Shown here: piece by piece, positions 40,210 through 53,354 of the stretch
How the letters are laid out: the number at the start of each line of letters is the position of its first letter
Position numbering within the stretch: position 1 is the stretch's first letter
From: Bigelowiella natans CCMP2755
Lineage: Eukaryota; Protista; Cercozoa
Length of the DNA: 64,000 nucleotides
NCBI GenBank assembly: GCA_000320545.1
Contig: ADNK01003007.1
Span: 3,928 to 67,927, forward strand
Reading direction: 5' to 3'
The notes under the pieces: model-generated
Seen by the model: the letters and a program-made list of their open reading frames with translations, nothing else
The model's database searches: none
Told to the model about the DNA's origin: nothing
Position numbers and translations under genes: made by a program

Positions 40210-41239
40210 TATACACACATATAATACATACAGATAGGGCATATATTTTTCAATATTGAATACTCTCGCCCTGTCACATCTTCGTGCATAGGATCACCTA
40301 AATCCAAGTTTTCCTGGTTGAAAGCGTATTGATTTCACAGCTTCAGTTGACGAATCGTTTGCAGAGGAAGCAAGGCTAGCATCCTTGAGATCCCGCTTCA
40401 TCGTCCGTATCCACTTTCTTCTCCTCACAAATGTCTTACGCATTAACGAGGGGTACCTTCCAGAGGGAACGTTGTGTTCGTGGAAAACTTGTTAGTTGCC
40501 GCTAAGCGGTTTTTGCGGAAGAGATTCGAGTTGATTATATAAGAAATTCGTAAACAATAATGAAGAACCATGTCCAGCCGAAATCAACTGCGTATATCCA
40601 CCCGAGCACATCCGTTTTATCTCCAGCAGAGATCCTCCATCCTCCGTCCCATTTCCAGCCCTTCGAGGGAGGGGGGCGGGGAGGACAAGGAGCGGCAAAT
40701 ATCAAACAAACGGGGTGAACCTTATCGCATCCGGTAACAAACAAATTCTCAGCACCTGCGGCAGCTTGAAGCTCTCTTTCGGGAGCTCCTCCGTCCCATC
40801 TGCATCGCTCCAAGTTGGCCTTTGAAAAACGCATTTCAATCGTCAAACATAGCGCTCTCCTCAGCCCGCTCGCCTTGACGAAACGATTCAACCTGTCTGT
40901 CGGAAGCAAATTGCGGGACCATGAGCGTAGATAGTAGCGCTGATTTTCGTACGTGGACACGTCCCTCGCGACCAGGTCGCGAAATGGGTCTTTGTTTCCC
41001 TCAGTCTGGCTAATTTTGTTGTTCCCTGGGGGCCTGGGCGGGGCAATGCACGGGGAAGGCGGCTCCTTTGAATCTGCTCGCTTTTCTGCTGCATTATTTT
41101 CAGGAACTGTTTGCGTGACAACAGCATTAGAAGGTGAGTTATCAATAGGCCCCTCCTTAGTCTCTTTGTTATCGATAGAGAGCAGAAGGAGGGCAGGTTG
41201 CCACAGCAGCTTGGCGAACGCTGCCGAAGAGTCCGCCAT
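36756..41239 (-). CDS. Dysferlin(DysF)/peroxin domain + PDZ domain + EF-hand-like protein
   Basis: The first exon (MADSSAAF...) contains PPSKGWKWDGGW...GWIYAVDF and the next exon FVRRRKWIR, both DysF motifs. PDZ-like exons read IRFQPGKLGF-RFSSHNEVTGVAPNSQALAK-GVREGWVISHVNG. An EF-hand-like loop DVEVDGDGSVSRNKFI lies near 38320-38375. The 3' end is approximate. Confidence 0.7.
39096..39180. repeat. Degenerate (GAT)n trinucleotide tract in an intron
   Basis: Directly visible. Similar (GAT/CAT/TAC)n tracts occur near 26210, 29795, 38160, 49970, 60755 and 61300. Confidence 0.9.
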
Positions 41240-41827
41240 GATCCCCCACCAACCTGTGCCCGGTGGGGATTTCTATCTTGTGCTCTGATTCAGATGTATT
41301 TAGGATAAATTATTTTCTAAATTAAATCCATCGATGTTCAAAGTGTGTAAAATTCATCAGAAATTATATATAATATTGCGAAATTTTCGCCTTAATAATT
41401 TTTCTAAATATGGCCTCCTCTCCTTCAGATTTCTGGGTTCGCCTGACTCCATGGCACCAGCCAATCCTTTGCATGAAATCTTCGATTTCCTTAGGAAGAT
41501 ACCCATCGCACATATAAGGAAATATAATTTAGGTATTTTTGGGACTTTTGATTTCACTGTAAGTTTGCTGATAACTAGGGTTTCTCTGTGAAGATTCCGC
41601 CTTGATGAGAATGGTAAAATAATACGGAAAATATCGAATATAATTGACCTTTTTTAGGATTCATAAGTTCTCCACAGCAGCTATCCCTCTCCCGCCCCCC
41701 CTGCGCACCTGAGGCCGGTATGCCTCGCACAGGGCTAGCATCTCTCAGCCATCTGGCGTGTCAACGCAAGCGATCTCCTTCTCGCAGCGCCTGCAAGTTC
41801 ATCTTGTGGAGAATGGATGCTCGATAA
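41240..41827. promoter_or_regulatory. Probable AT-rich bidirectional promoter (DysF-PDZ gene / hypothetical gene)
   Basis: The divergent starts at 41239 and 41828 flank an AT-rich block at 41290-41660. Confidence 0.45.
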
Positions 41828-44800
41828 TGCCGGGCAGGACTATCGCTTTAGTCTTGGCCATGTGCTGTGTGCTGTTGCTAATCAGAGATTTTCACTCCAA
41901 AGAGAGCAATGGCCGCAGCTGGAACGGACCAGACTGTTTGGGAGGTTCACTGAACAATGGCGTCGGTGGCAAGAACGCGTCGCTTGCCACCCTCTTCGGG
42001 TCTATAGAATCGAAAATTCGAAACTTTAAGCAATCGCAAAAGGAGCCGTCCCAGTCATCTGCACTTGATCGTACATACGAGGACCCCCGTCTTAGGTACG
42101 GCGAGTATATATACATATGTTTCCAGAATATATCAACCATGACCTAGCCATACAAACATCCCACCCCCTCACCTCCCTCTACTTTGCCTTCCTCGTAATA
42201 AAGTGAAATGAGCACCAAGGAGAGGGCACTTATGAAGATCCGGAAGAAGCGGGCTAAGAAACGCGAGGCTTCAAAGCGAAACCATGATAAGCAGAAAAGC
42301 AAACTCGAAAAATATGTACTTTTTGTCTTCATTTCTCGGATGGTTCGGTGTTTGACATTCTCCCTTACAGTTTCTATCAAATGCTACCTCTCGGAATTCT
42401 CTGCTCCCCCCCCCAACCTCTGCACCGACTCCACCCCCCACGAGCCAGACTGCAGCTAAGATAATCAAGTAGCGTTAACATGATTGCAAGGCGGCGGCGC
42501 GAATAGCATGTATAAGAAACGATTGCGCGGCGAGTTTTATGCTCGATATAGAGCCGGCAGCAGCCAACGAACTTGCGGTGAAATTAATTCATTTCCCAAT
42601 TCTATTTGAACGGTTGATTCCTACAGAGATATTGAAGACCAGGTCGACTATGAGCGACGATTCGAGAAGCCGTACGTGAGCTAAGCCTCCCCTGTGTATC
42701 ATCTGTGTGAATAACCCACCCCCCGAGAATGTGGTTTCTGCGCGCGTCGCATGCTATATATCCAGCGATTTAACAGCCCTATTCTTATTGTGTCACCATT
42801 TGAAACTTGATTTCGTGTGAATGCTCTCTTTGTGCTCTCACGGCTCTGTTATCGACTTAAAGCTTGAAAGAAGATCTACGGTTTTATCGTGGGGACTTCT
42901 CCGAGTACGGCGACGACGATGAAGCTATGGAGGTTTGGAACACCCTCTCGCGCAGGTGTGCTGAAGAGAGTGTAACTTATTTACCAAGCTGCAATTTTTC
43001 TATATTCAACTCTTCGTCGTTGTCTTTACTTCTTCAACAATCCCTCCCTCTCGTGTGCATGTTAAGTCTGAATCACGAAGAACCAGGAAGGCCCACCTTT
43101 GCCCCCACCTCCTCTCTTCTTGATGGGATTCGAAGACAGGGGTAGCTCAACATAGGAATACATACATAGGAAGAGGAGTAGAGGGGGGGGATGAAGGAGG
43201 GGAGAAATGAATGATTGCAGGACAGAACGCTGAAGATATTCCATTCTTTCACGAAAAACGTATCATTTACCATCTTTGGCGGCTATTTTATTAACCGTGC
43301 ACATGGTGTGTAGGCGTGTACATGTACGTGCATGCGTGTTTACATGCTCTGGGGGGTGTGTTTTAATTTGGTTTTCCGGGGTGGGGCAGGTACCCGGTGA
43401 AGGAACGCTGGACAGTTTCGTCAAATTCGGTGATTCTTGATTATCCCGATCCGCAACACACACACACACACACACACACACATACCGACACATCATGAAC
43501 ATCAACACTCAGGAGAGAACACGATCTCTGAAAGCTGAAACTCCTCATCTTGCTCTTCCATGTTATCCCCCTTTCCCCCTTTAAACGGGACTTCTAGGAC
43601 GATACCGATGGATCCAGCAAATCAGAGGACTATCAACGCAACACGGAAGACTGGGAAAATGTAGTGTATATTTTGCCATTATTAAAAGCTGATATACCTG
43701 CGCTTCACCAGCTAACGGCTGCATTTAGATAGTATTCTTTAGCTCAAACTAGTTCTCGGTGTTGCTGTACTTTACTCGGCTATGATAGGCGTCATCAACC
43801 ACGACGGACGCTTTCTTCCCTTTCAAACGGTCGTTCGAACGTGGAATAAGGGGGAGGGGAACGGGGGGGCCGATGGAAAGAGAAGATTCACTTCATTGCG
43901 CGGAAAATGAAGGCTGCATGCTGTGCTATTTGTGTTTATAGTAACGCCATGTCTACCACCTTTCGAAACAGATACATCAAGTACTCTTACCTTGGCCACA
44001 AAGAGAAGAAAACATATGAGGAGAAGTTTCCTGGGAAAAAGATGCCTCCGCCTTACACGACCAAGGAGGAGGAGCGCGAGTTCTGCGAGCTGAAGGTGCC
44101 TTCCTACCGTAGTCTTAATACCAGCACCCATAGCAGGGTGAAATCGATGAGAATGGAAAATGCAGCAGTGTGCTTTTGTTATATGTTTAGATGGGAGAGT
44201 TGCAGGAGTTCCTAAAGCGCCTTCTTGTCTACCAAGACAATCTTCTTCTCGGTATCATCGCCAGGAGTACTTCGTATATTTTCGGCATTGCAATGTCCAC
44301 CCTCGCCGTTGGTGTCGCCGCTGTCTATTTATAGAAAACACTCTGTGCAATATGAATGGAGGGCCATGTGCGCGGCGTGGTGACTGAAGATCATGCCATG
44401 TGCGATGAAGCGTGTTTAGTAGCGGAAGATCGAAAAATCAGAAAGGATTTCTACTCAGCTTTCCTTCCTCTCTCTTATTCCTCCCACTGTCGCCATGCAT
44501 CGTTGCACAGAGCACCCAGATTCCACCTGGAACGACCCAACAAGATTGCTGGTATTTTCTCCTCCTCAATTCCGTCAAGACACCAAGAATATTTCACCAG
44601 AATCTCGCATTGTTATATCAGTACCATTTTCTCTTCTCCGCCCTCCTTCGCCTCACTCTCTTCCTTCTTTCCAATAAAGAGCGAGCGAAAGGCGGCCGCA
44701 CAGGTGATATCCGCCGTTCGAGACGAGATAACGTAAGTGAGCAATTCAACTAAAAAAGAATTGGTGAAAGTCGCATCAGGCTGATGATCCACCAAACAAA

Positions 44801-46114
44801 AAAACCTTTTTTCCTCCATTTGCTCGCAACGGCTGGGAACGTTTTCCAAATATTCACGTCGACAACTCCGCACCCAAGGCTCGTCGCGATGCGCTGTATT
44901 ATCGATCTCTTTAGCCTTTAGTTTACGTATGACCCCCAAATACTTATATTTTTCTGTGCGCTGATGGTGAGCTGGAGCAGACCAGGATATGCACTGAAAC
45001 ACGTTGGTTGCTGTGTGTATATATTGCTCGAATTTCCAGGATGGCAGAGCGCCAGTCGCGAAATTTGGAGAACTTCTTCAAATTGCGGAACTTAACTGAA
45101 AAGCAAGGGGCTCTGAAGCCAGCATCACTTTCCGCTACCGCGTGCAAGGTACAGCGAAATTATATGAAAGTCTTTTTGGATCTTGAGCGTATTTGCATTC
45201 GTTGTCGTCTGATTCGAACCTATGGCTAAGGGGGAAGATTCTCTCTTCAGTAAGTACAGCGATCTCATGGTGGAGGTAGGTTATCGATGCTACACCTTTT
45301 GCACTACCCTGCATGCTTCATATTCTAGCGGCACGCTTACTCGCAATATCTCCAGATCGACGAGGACCTAGAGAAGGACTTCCAATCCGGAAAGTGAGTC
45401 GTCATTAGAGGATATTATACTGTGCAAAAAGATTGCCTGGCTTTATCTTTATCATTCCCTTCCCATTGCATTATATATGGGGAAAAACGAATTTCGAAGA
45501 CAGAGAAGCTTCGAGATCGAGAAACATTGTGCTATTAAAAGCTCGATGAAGTTTGTTTTTTATGCCGTGTTGCGGGCCAACATCGCCTCCCCCCCCCCTC
45601 AACCCTCCCCGCCAAATCTCCCATAAAGGTTATACAAAGTAGGAATGTATTTCCTGCAAATAGTAAATCGAGCCGATGTTCTTGTTTGCCCTGGTGCTTA
45701 TTGTCATAACATATGTATTCCACATCAGCTCTGAAAGAAAACTAGAGATCATCCTCATGTTATTGGATAAAGTGTCGAAAAACTTACAGAAGGCCTCCCC
45801 TGTGCAACGGTAAGAAAGAACTATCGGCTACAAGGGGGGGGGGGGGGGGGGGGGGGGAAAGGGGGGGGAAAAAAGCGCCTACAACGAACACTTCTATTTG
45901 CCTACAACAAATTAGCGGTTTTCGAATTGTTGCGCTGGTACTAGAGAGGATTACCCTTGATATTTTGCGTGGTTTTTGTGTTTTTATATGTATGTGTATG
46001 TGATGGGCTTGTTATCCAATGCGGCGCGCAGAAGCGGAATCGCGGAAGCTTGTGGTCTATCTGTAGGCGATTTGAGTTTAATTGGTGGTACAGGCTCGAT
46101 CTTCCAGGTGCATT
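41828..46114 (+). CDS. Multi-exon hypothetical protein with N-terminal signal/anchor and charged helical regions
   Basis: It has a hydrophobic leader MPGRTIALVLAMCCVLLLIR, a basic exon at ~42208-42310, acidic exons at ~42630 and ~42870, and helical exons over 43970-45810 with GT-AG boundaries. I recognised no domain, and the end is approximate. Confidence 0.5.
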
Positions 46115-46250
46115 AATAATGAGATATGTGGACTTGTAATAAATATTAGACTCTGCGTATAATTATTTTACCTAAAGTCGGCCTACAGCGTATTTGGTCG
46201 ATTCCACAAAACAGCTGCCGCCTATCTTTAATTTTGTTTTGCTTTGTCTC

Positions 46251-46303
<53 letters not shown>

Positions 46304-46983
46304 CCCGGTTACAAAATATTTGCTTAGATCAATGGACAAGTAGTTGACGAAAAGCTTAGCGGAATTTGGTATTGATACTTTAATACAACATCCTTATTCT
46401 GTCATATAACGCTCCCCTCCCCCCCCACAGGTTCGATTGTGGCGCAGCGATGATGAAGTACATCCTACCGCTAACCTCTTGTTTCCTTCTATAAAACGAC
46501 GTTTCAGATCGCTGTTATCTAATCACCGCCTCATTCCATCTACTTCTCCGTTATTTAGTCACGAAAACCGGACGTTTGATGCGGTGATGGTTCGCAGTAG
46601 GAGGGCCAAAGCGGCAGGGGTAACACCTTAACTCGCATAATATCAGAGAGAAGGAGGAAGAATTCTGGTTAAACCGTCGGTGTATCTTCCTTTGAAGCCC
46701 CTCAGTTTCCGCACGGAGTCGATATTCTGTCATGTTGGTTGGATCTTGCTTGCTCTGTTGTGCAGCAGCTGTCGAGCGAGAGCCTTCCTTTGTCGCCGCA
46801 TGTAAATTGATATGATTTCGTGTTTATTGCCCCATTCGTCTCAGATGCCGAGAGTGCTGAATGACGTTGCGGAATGGTACACCAGCGTGTTAGTCCTGTC
46901 ACCTTGCGACGCACCAGGGGAGATGATTTGCTGCTATTCTGTATTCTCTTAGCTTCGTCCGACGAAAGGCCCAAAACGCCAGT

Positions 46984-49900
46984 ATGACAGCGAGCGATGA
47001 GTCTGAGAACGCGAACGACCGATCGGACCCTTTGAACGAAGTGAAGGAAGTTTGCAAGAGGATGCAACTTCGGAACGATAAGGCTCATGGAGGACTTGCG
47101 GGGAACAACACAACAAACGATATCGAGGGAAATGACGAGGACAACGGTCATTCACGCTCGTGTTTAGTGTACTAAATACTTCGGCTCTGACACTTGGCAT
47201 TGTGGACAGAGAACGACGTTGAGCTGGAGGCGGCGATTCAGCGCCATGGTGCTTTCGACGTGTTCAGACGTGAAAAGGTCAAAAAGTTCGGTTTGGACGA
47301 GAGCGACGAGGTTCGGCTGTGCCTGGTTTTATAGTAGTTTCGAAAACTTAAATGCTTCTCTGTCTCTCTCCCCCCCCCTCCCCCCTTCCTTCCCTCTAAT
47401 GCGATTCCACATAAATCCTTTCATGTATATCTATGTTCTTAATACAGATCATGTATGCGGAAGAGGAAAGGAAGGTGGCGAGGCTCAGGAGGCAAAAGAG
47501 AGCTGTCGATGGGGACTTAGGCTTCGAGAAAGACCCGGAGGGAAATGAAATCTTCTCCGCGAACGTTGGAAAGCGTGAGTACAAACGGCAGTAAACACCA
47601 CCGCCCTCCTTTTCATTAATATTCTCAAGCCCGATTCGTTCTCTTTTCCCCTCTCAGAACTGTGGACGAAGAGGCCAGATGACACGGATATGTCAAACAT
47701 CTGCGACAATGAAATCAACGAGTAGTGAGAGAGCGCCCCATCCTTGTTTCCATCCTGTTTTTGCAATTATTCTCCCCTTTGGTTGAGAAGTCGTCGTTGT
47801 GGTGACATTTGCTGAGGGTATGTACAATGGTCTGCTGTTTGCGGAGTGCGTGTAGTCGGTAAAATGGATAACTTCCTAGGATAATGAACGTTGGAGGTGA
47901 CGAGGCTTCAAAGATGTCTACATTCGAGCTATCTAAAGACATGCTTCCTAAGACAAGGCGATTGGTATTATTCAGTGGCACCGTTAGATTTGTGATGCAG
48001 GAGAACTCTCTTCTTACGCGTGAAATCTCTCTTTGAAATGGTGTTCTATTTTCCCAATAGATAAACGCTTTCAGAACTATGCGTGCCTGCGATTTCTGCA
48101 ACAAGGTAGGAGTCGTCATTTCAAGCATGCAAAAGCCTTCACTCGCTGTTGGCTTTGCTAACTCGAATGCTTTGCACCGATATCGGTAGGCTGCCGCTCG
48201 ACGATATTGCTTTGACTGCGTAGCCTCAAAATACCATTGCCTTCAGTGCGACAAGGACATCCATCAAGGATACGGTCGTTTAAACCCTCCATAATACATT
48301 CCCTGATCGAGCACATTTAGATTTCCTTCATTCTGTTTGCTGAATCTAATCTCGCTCACCCTACCATCCCCGCCCCCTTCTTCCTCTCGTGCTCGTACAG
48401 ACCTCGATGTGATCATGGAAGGTGGAGATGTACTGAGTTTGGATGAAAATAATCCATCTTCTGGAAAGGGTGAGGGTGTACAGTAAACCACGCATTTGTG
48501 TATAGCCTCACCTTCTCAATCAAACTATATATACGTTTCTATATACAGTCATACATTCTTGTTGAAATATATAGTTTTTGGAAAAGCTTCTAATTCTACA
48601 CGTAGATTAATGCTCAATAAGTGCATTTGTGTGATATTTTAATGCTTTGTGAATATGCACAAGGTCAAACGAATAGTTTCGGTCAGCTAGATGGAGGAGC
48701 ATCGACGCATAAGCGCCAAGACTATTTTCAGGTAGGACACGGTTGTGAATATGCAAAAGTACAAAATTATGACGTAACTGAGCAGAACGACATATCGAAA
48801 CCCGGTCATTTTAGAAAATATTCATTTTCACTGTAACGTCGCCGGAATGAATGACCCCAAAAAAATTCAAACAGCAACAGCTCTTGCATTTGTCCGTCTG
48901 TACCGTCTCTGACTTCATCGCCGCGTTTCGATCCTCCCCCTTGTCCTCTCCGCGCCATTCCAGTTTTTCAAGCAAAAATTAATCTCGCGTATCATCGCCA
49001 TAATCAATCGCAACAGGTGCCATTCCAGATGTCAACGATGGACAGCATCTCGAAACTGCCAACAGGGAAATGGTTCGTGTAGCATGCGCACTCGCTCATT
49101 ACCCGCAGGGATCAGTGGAAACTTTGACTTACATCCTTCTCGGTCTCCCTCATGTGGTGGTGGTGGTGATGGTGAAAAGGTACGATTTATCCGAATGTCT
49201 ATTGGATGCTGACAAGGGAACATACTACGTCAAAATTGCCCAGACCCCCGAAGCAGACAAAATCGGTAATGTTACTCGATATTTTCCTTCCCATTTTCTC
49301 CCCCACCCGCGACAAGAATCGCTACTACTTCCTTCACACAAGAGCATCTTGAGCGTTCGCCTCAGCACTGAATTTCCTTCTCTGCAGGACTTGGCGGAAA
49401 GAGCACCCGTCACGTGAAAGCAGTGTTTATCCGAGTCAAACGTGTAGAGGCATGGAGTGTCTCCGACGTGTTTGCATGGGCGACTCGGGTGGGCATTGGA
49501 AGGAGAGCAAAGGGCCATATACGGAAGAAAGGCGTCAATGGCACTGAGCTCCTCCTCCTCACAGAGAACAAAATCATCAGTCAACTGTTGGTAAATGACA
49601 GAGTCGAGAGGAAGAAACTTATCGACGCGATAACCAAGCTCAAGTCAGATATGGGCGTCCTTGAAAGGGACAGGTTCAGATTCGCGCGAGAGGGTACGGA
49701 GGCCAACACCGCAACTTCCGCCGATAGAGGCAATGCTCGATTTGCCATTGATGCCGCTCGAGAGTCGGTGGAATTGGAGGTTGCGAGGAGGATGCGAAAC
49801 CGTTCCTGGGGCGCTGTGGAACATCGTCGCAGGCTAAAGTCGATAATCTATTGTTGACGCTATAATGTATCAATGATGTATGGTGATGCTTAGTTTCCCT

Positions 49901-52900
49901 TCTCGCCTTTTTAACGGACGCCGTGATCTTGATTATTTCCTTCTATCCCGTTGGTCGCTCACGGCTACTCACTACTATTGCTAATACTCCTACTACTACT
50001 CCTACTACTACTACTACTACTCCTACTACTACTCCTACTAAAAGTTTCTGAATCGTTCCTTCCCATCACTTTCTCCTTATATCTCCCCCCTTCCTCTCCA
50101 TCCCTCCCCTTACTCGCAACGCAGAGATATGTTGGAGAGAATGGCGGAGATGCCAGAGATTCCTAGAGTCAGCATCCAGCCTCAGATGCTGAAGCCAAAC
50201 CTTACGGCTACCGACGGCAATGGCCACGACGGCGAAATCTACGGTGACGATGACGATGACGATGACGATGAGGATGACGATGCAAAAGTCCATGCGGCGA
50301 ACATGAGAAGGCTGGAAAATGACCCACAAAACCAGGAGAAGGAAGAAAAACTGAAGGCGTTTTTGGAGCAGGATGACCGTCGTAAAGAGAGGCTGCAAGA
50401 TGGCCAGGAGGTAGTAGCAGTGAGTAGTAGTAGCAGTAGTAGATATGGGTGTGTGGGATATAGAAGAATGAGGGAAGGAAGTCAATAGTCTAATCACCAA
50501 AAGCAGTCTGTGCTCTCTCTCCGTTGTTGTCCGCCACCTCAACGCCATTGGCAATATGACCAGATAAGCAGCGAAGAGGGCGGGTTTGAGGCGACTTCAG
50601 GAAAGTCGGAGTCCGGAGGAGGTCATCTGCTTTTCGTGAGGCGAAAATAAATATCGAAAGAGGACAAACCATTTTTGCATCTATGTTGTCTCCATGCTGG
50701 CTAGTATCTACGACTCGTCTTCGCTGCCATCTTGAGAGCTTCCTCTATTCAATATGCAGGTGGCGGAGACTCTATTATGAATATGGCGGCGAGCTCGAAT
50801 CCGTTTTTTGATATGATGCCGGAGGATGGAACTTTCAGCTTATTCTCAGACAAATACTCAAACATGACCATCGATGATCGAATTGCTATAGCGAGCTCCA
50901 AAATAAAGGTTTGTTGGTGTACATGCACACACACCGAATGAGCCTTTGAAGCGTCCCAACATTCATTTTTATCAAACATGTTGCCAATACGCGTTTTAAA
51001 TAACGAGATCGATTTGCTCTCCATGGCCTGTTCGCATAAATTAGCTTTCGAAGAAGGAAGAGGCCGAATATGATCAGTCGCTCATTGATGAAATGGACCT
51101 GGACATCGCTAGAATGGACGTTAGTCTTGACCGAAAGATCGAGTTGCAAAAACAGGTAAGACCGACCCCGAGTTGAGAAGAGGAAACTAAATCTTCTTCG
51201 CGGGGGTGTACATCCCATCGAGCAGACGATAAAGATATTCGCTATATTTTTGACCAAAGTAGATAAGCAAGAAGGGGGGGGGGGGAGGGGACATATCAGA
51301 GAAAAATAGCTTCGACTTGACGTTTACTTGTTCGTCAACCTACATACAAACGGCAATCTGCTGCGGTGGCCGGCGATAACACAAAGAGAATGGAAGAGAA
51401 TGCTCTGATCCAGAACGCCAGGCTCAACCTGAACGATCAGAATGTCCATGAAGACTCCGTTGCGGAGGATGATATTGAAATCGATGACCCTTTCATCGGG
51501 AAGAATGGAAGCGGAGTAGAATGGGGAGGTCATATCCTATTTAAACATATCTGGAGAGTGCGAGCTACTTTCATTGTTTTCAGCTCGCTAAGTTCCTCTC
51601 CCCCTCTCTCCCCCCCTCCCCTTTTTTTATACCTTGCTAGGCATGGACGTATCCCAGCAAACTACTGTTGGGACATTTAAGGTGTGCTCAGCTCTGACTG
51701 ACGATTGATGTTGAAATTGTGCGTGTTGTCATCAAATCCCAGCATTACTCTACTATCATCATCACCATCACCATTGCCAAATTCCGCAACGAAGCAAATT
51801 GGATTTTTATCAGTGCTATCTCTCACTCCCTCCTCTCCACGTAATTTCATGCCGACAGACATCGGAAAAATTGGTTCAGAGCATGTATGTGACGGTTACT
51901 CCGCATTTCAACTTCTTCGTGTCGCAGCCGCCTCGCCACCGCATCTTATGCATAGATAGGGGCGGCAAGGTCAGCGTCTTTGCAGGAAGTGGAAGGAAAG
52001 GTTTGACGTCCGGTGTCTCTTTTCTCTTTGCTGTCTGCGTTCTCTGTATCTTTAACCAAGTCGTCTTCGTCCGCCTATTGAGTCTAATTTCTCTCCTCTG
52101 AATTCCTATTTCATATCAGGCAGCAACGACGGTGCATTTCCCCACGCAAGATTCAACACTCCCTCCGGCATTGCTGCAGATAGGTCCTTTCAGTGAATTC
52201 TTGAATCCCGCCGTGACGAATTCCATGGCAAAATCGCGATTTTCCCGTTTACAAATACCATGGCACACAACGCCACGTTGTTACGCGTACAGCCATTCTC
52301 GATTTTTCTCGAGAAAATAGAAATTCGTAGCGTTTGTTTCTTTCTCTCTCTTTTTCTCTCTTTTTCTCTCTTTCTCTCTCTTTCTCTCTCTCTCTTTCCT
52401 CACGCATCGGCTAACAAAACGGCCATTTTGCATTGAATGGAACAGATTTGGGAGCATCTTCGTGTGCGACAAAGAAAATCACCGGATACGGATGATAGAC
52501 GAGTGAGATTTGAATTCGGAGTCTATTTCTTATACACAGCCATTGTTGTGAGCTGATGACGCGAAATGACGTTTTTGTGCTACATTATTCCAATCTTAGA
52601 TACCAACGAGCGTACACCCTCGCCGGCACTAAGGCGGGATACAAAGTACACTATACCGCCACCGACACATCGCATTCGCAACATATTAACGCTGCATGAT
52701 GACATGCTGATGCCTCGAGCAAAGTGCTCAATCGAAAGTGTAGAAGGACGCGACCTTTGCAACTCTCCCTCACGGCAAGAGCACAGCAGCGTGGCCGACT
52801 TACTGAGCGATTTTAGTTCTCTCTGCCATGTACCCATTGGTTGCGCGAGCACGCACAGTCTCTCGCCTATTCAAAGAACGTGCTGATTGTCATCATTTCG

Positions 52901-53320
52901 TGCAACTGACTTGCCTCGGGTTGCATTTGCGAAGAGGTGGGCAATCCGTCTTCTTCTAAAGCTGATATTGTTTTAGGACGGTTTGTGCTCCGAGGCCAGA
53001 TTTCTCGAGCCGACAGGGGTAATTATCATTCACTTGAGTATAGACGCATCAGTAGCGAGATAGTTGTGCGAAGACTTCCGGATATTTTAAGGCTATTGAT
53101 GTGACGTGTAAGTTCGGTTTCAACCGCATCCTTGTGCATGGAGAACATTAGCAGCCCTGATGATTCCCTTAGATCGGTATCATGTTTATATATAAATATG
53201 TGTGTATATGTATTTATTAATTAATGTATCATATGCTGTGTGTAGGTTTCTCACCAAACACGCTACAGGTCAGTTTCATGCACATTCTGGAAGCACAAAA
53301 ACGATAGTCGTTTGAGTGTG

Positions 53321-53354
<34 letters not shown>

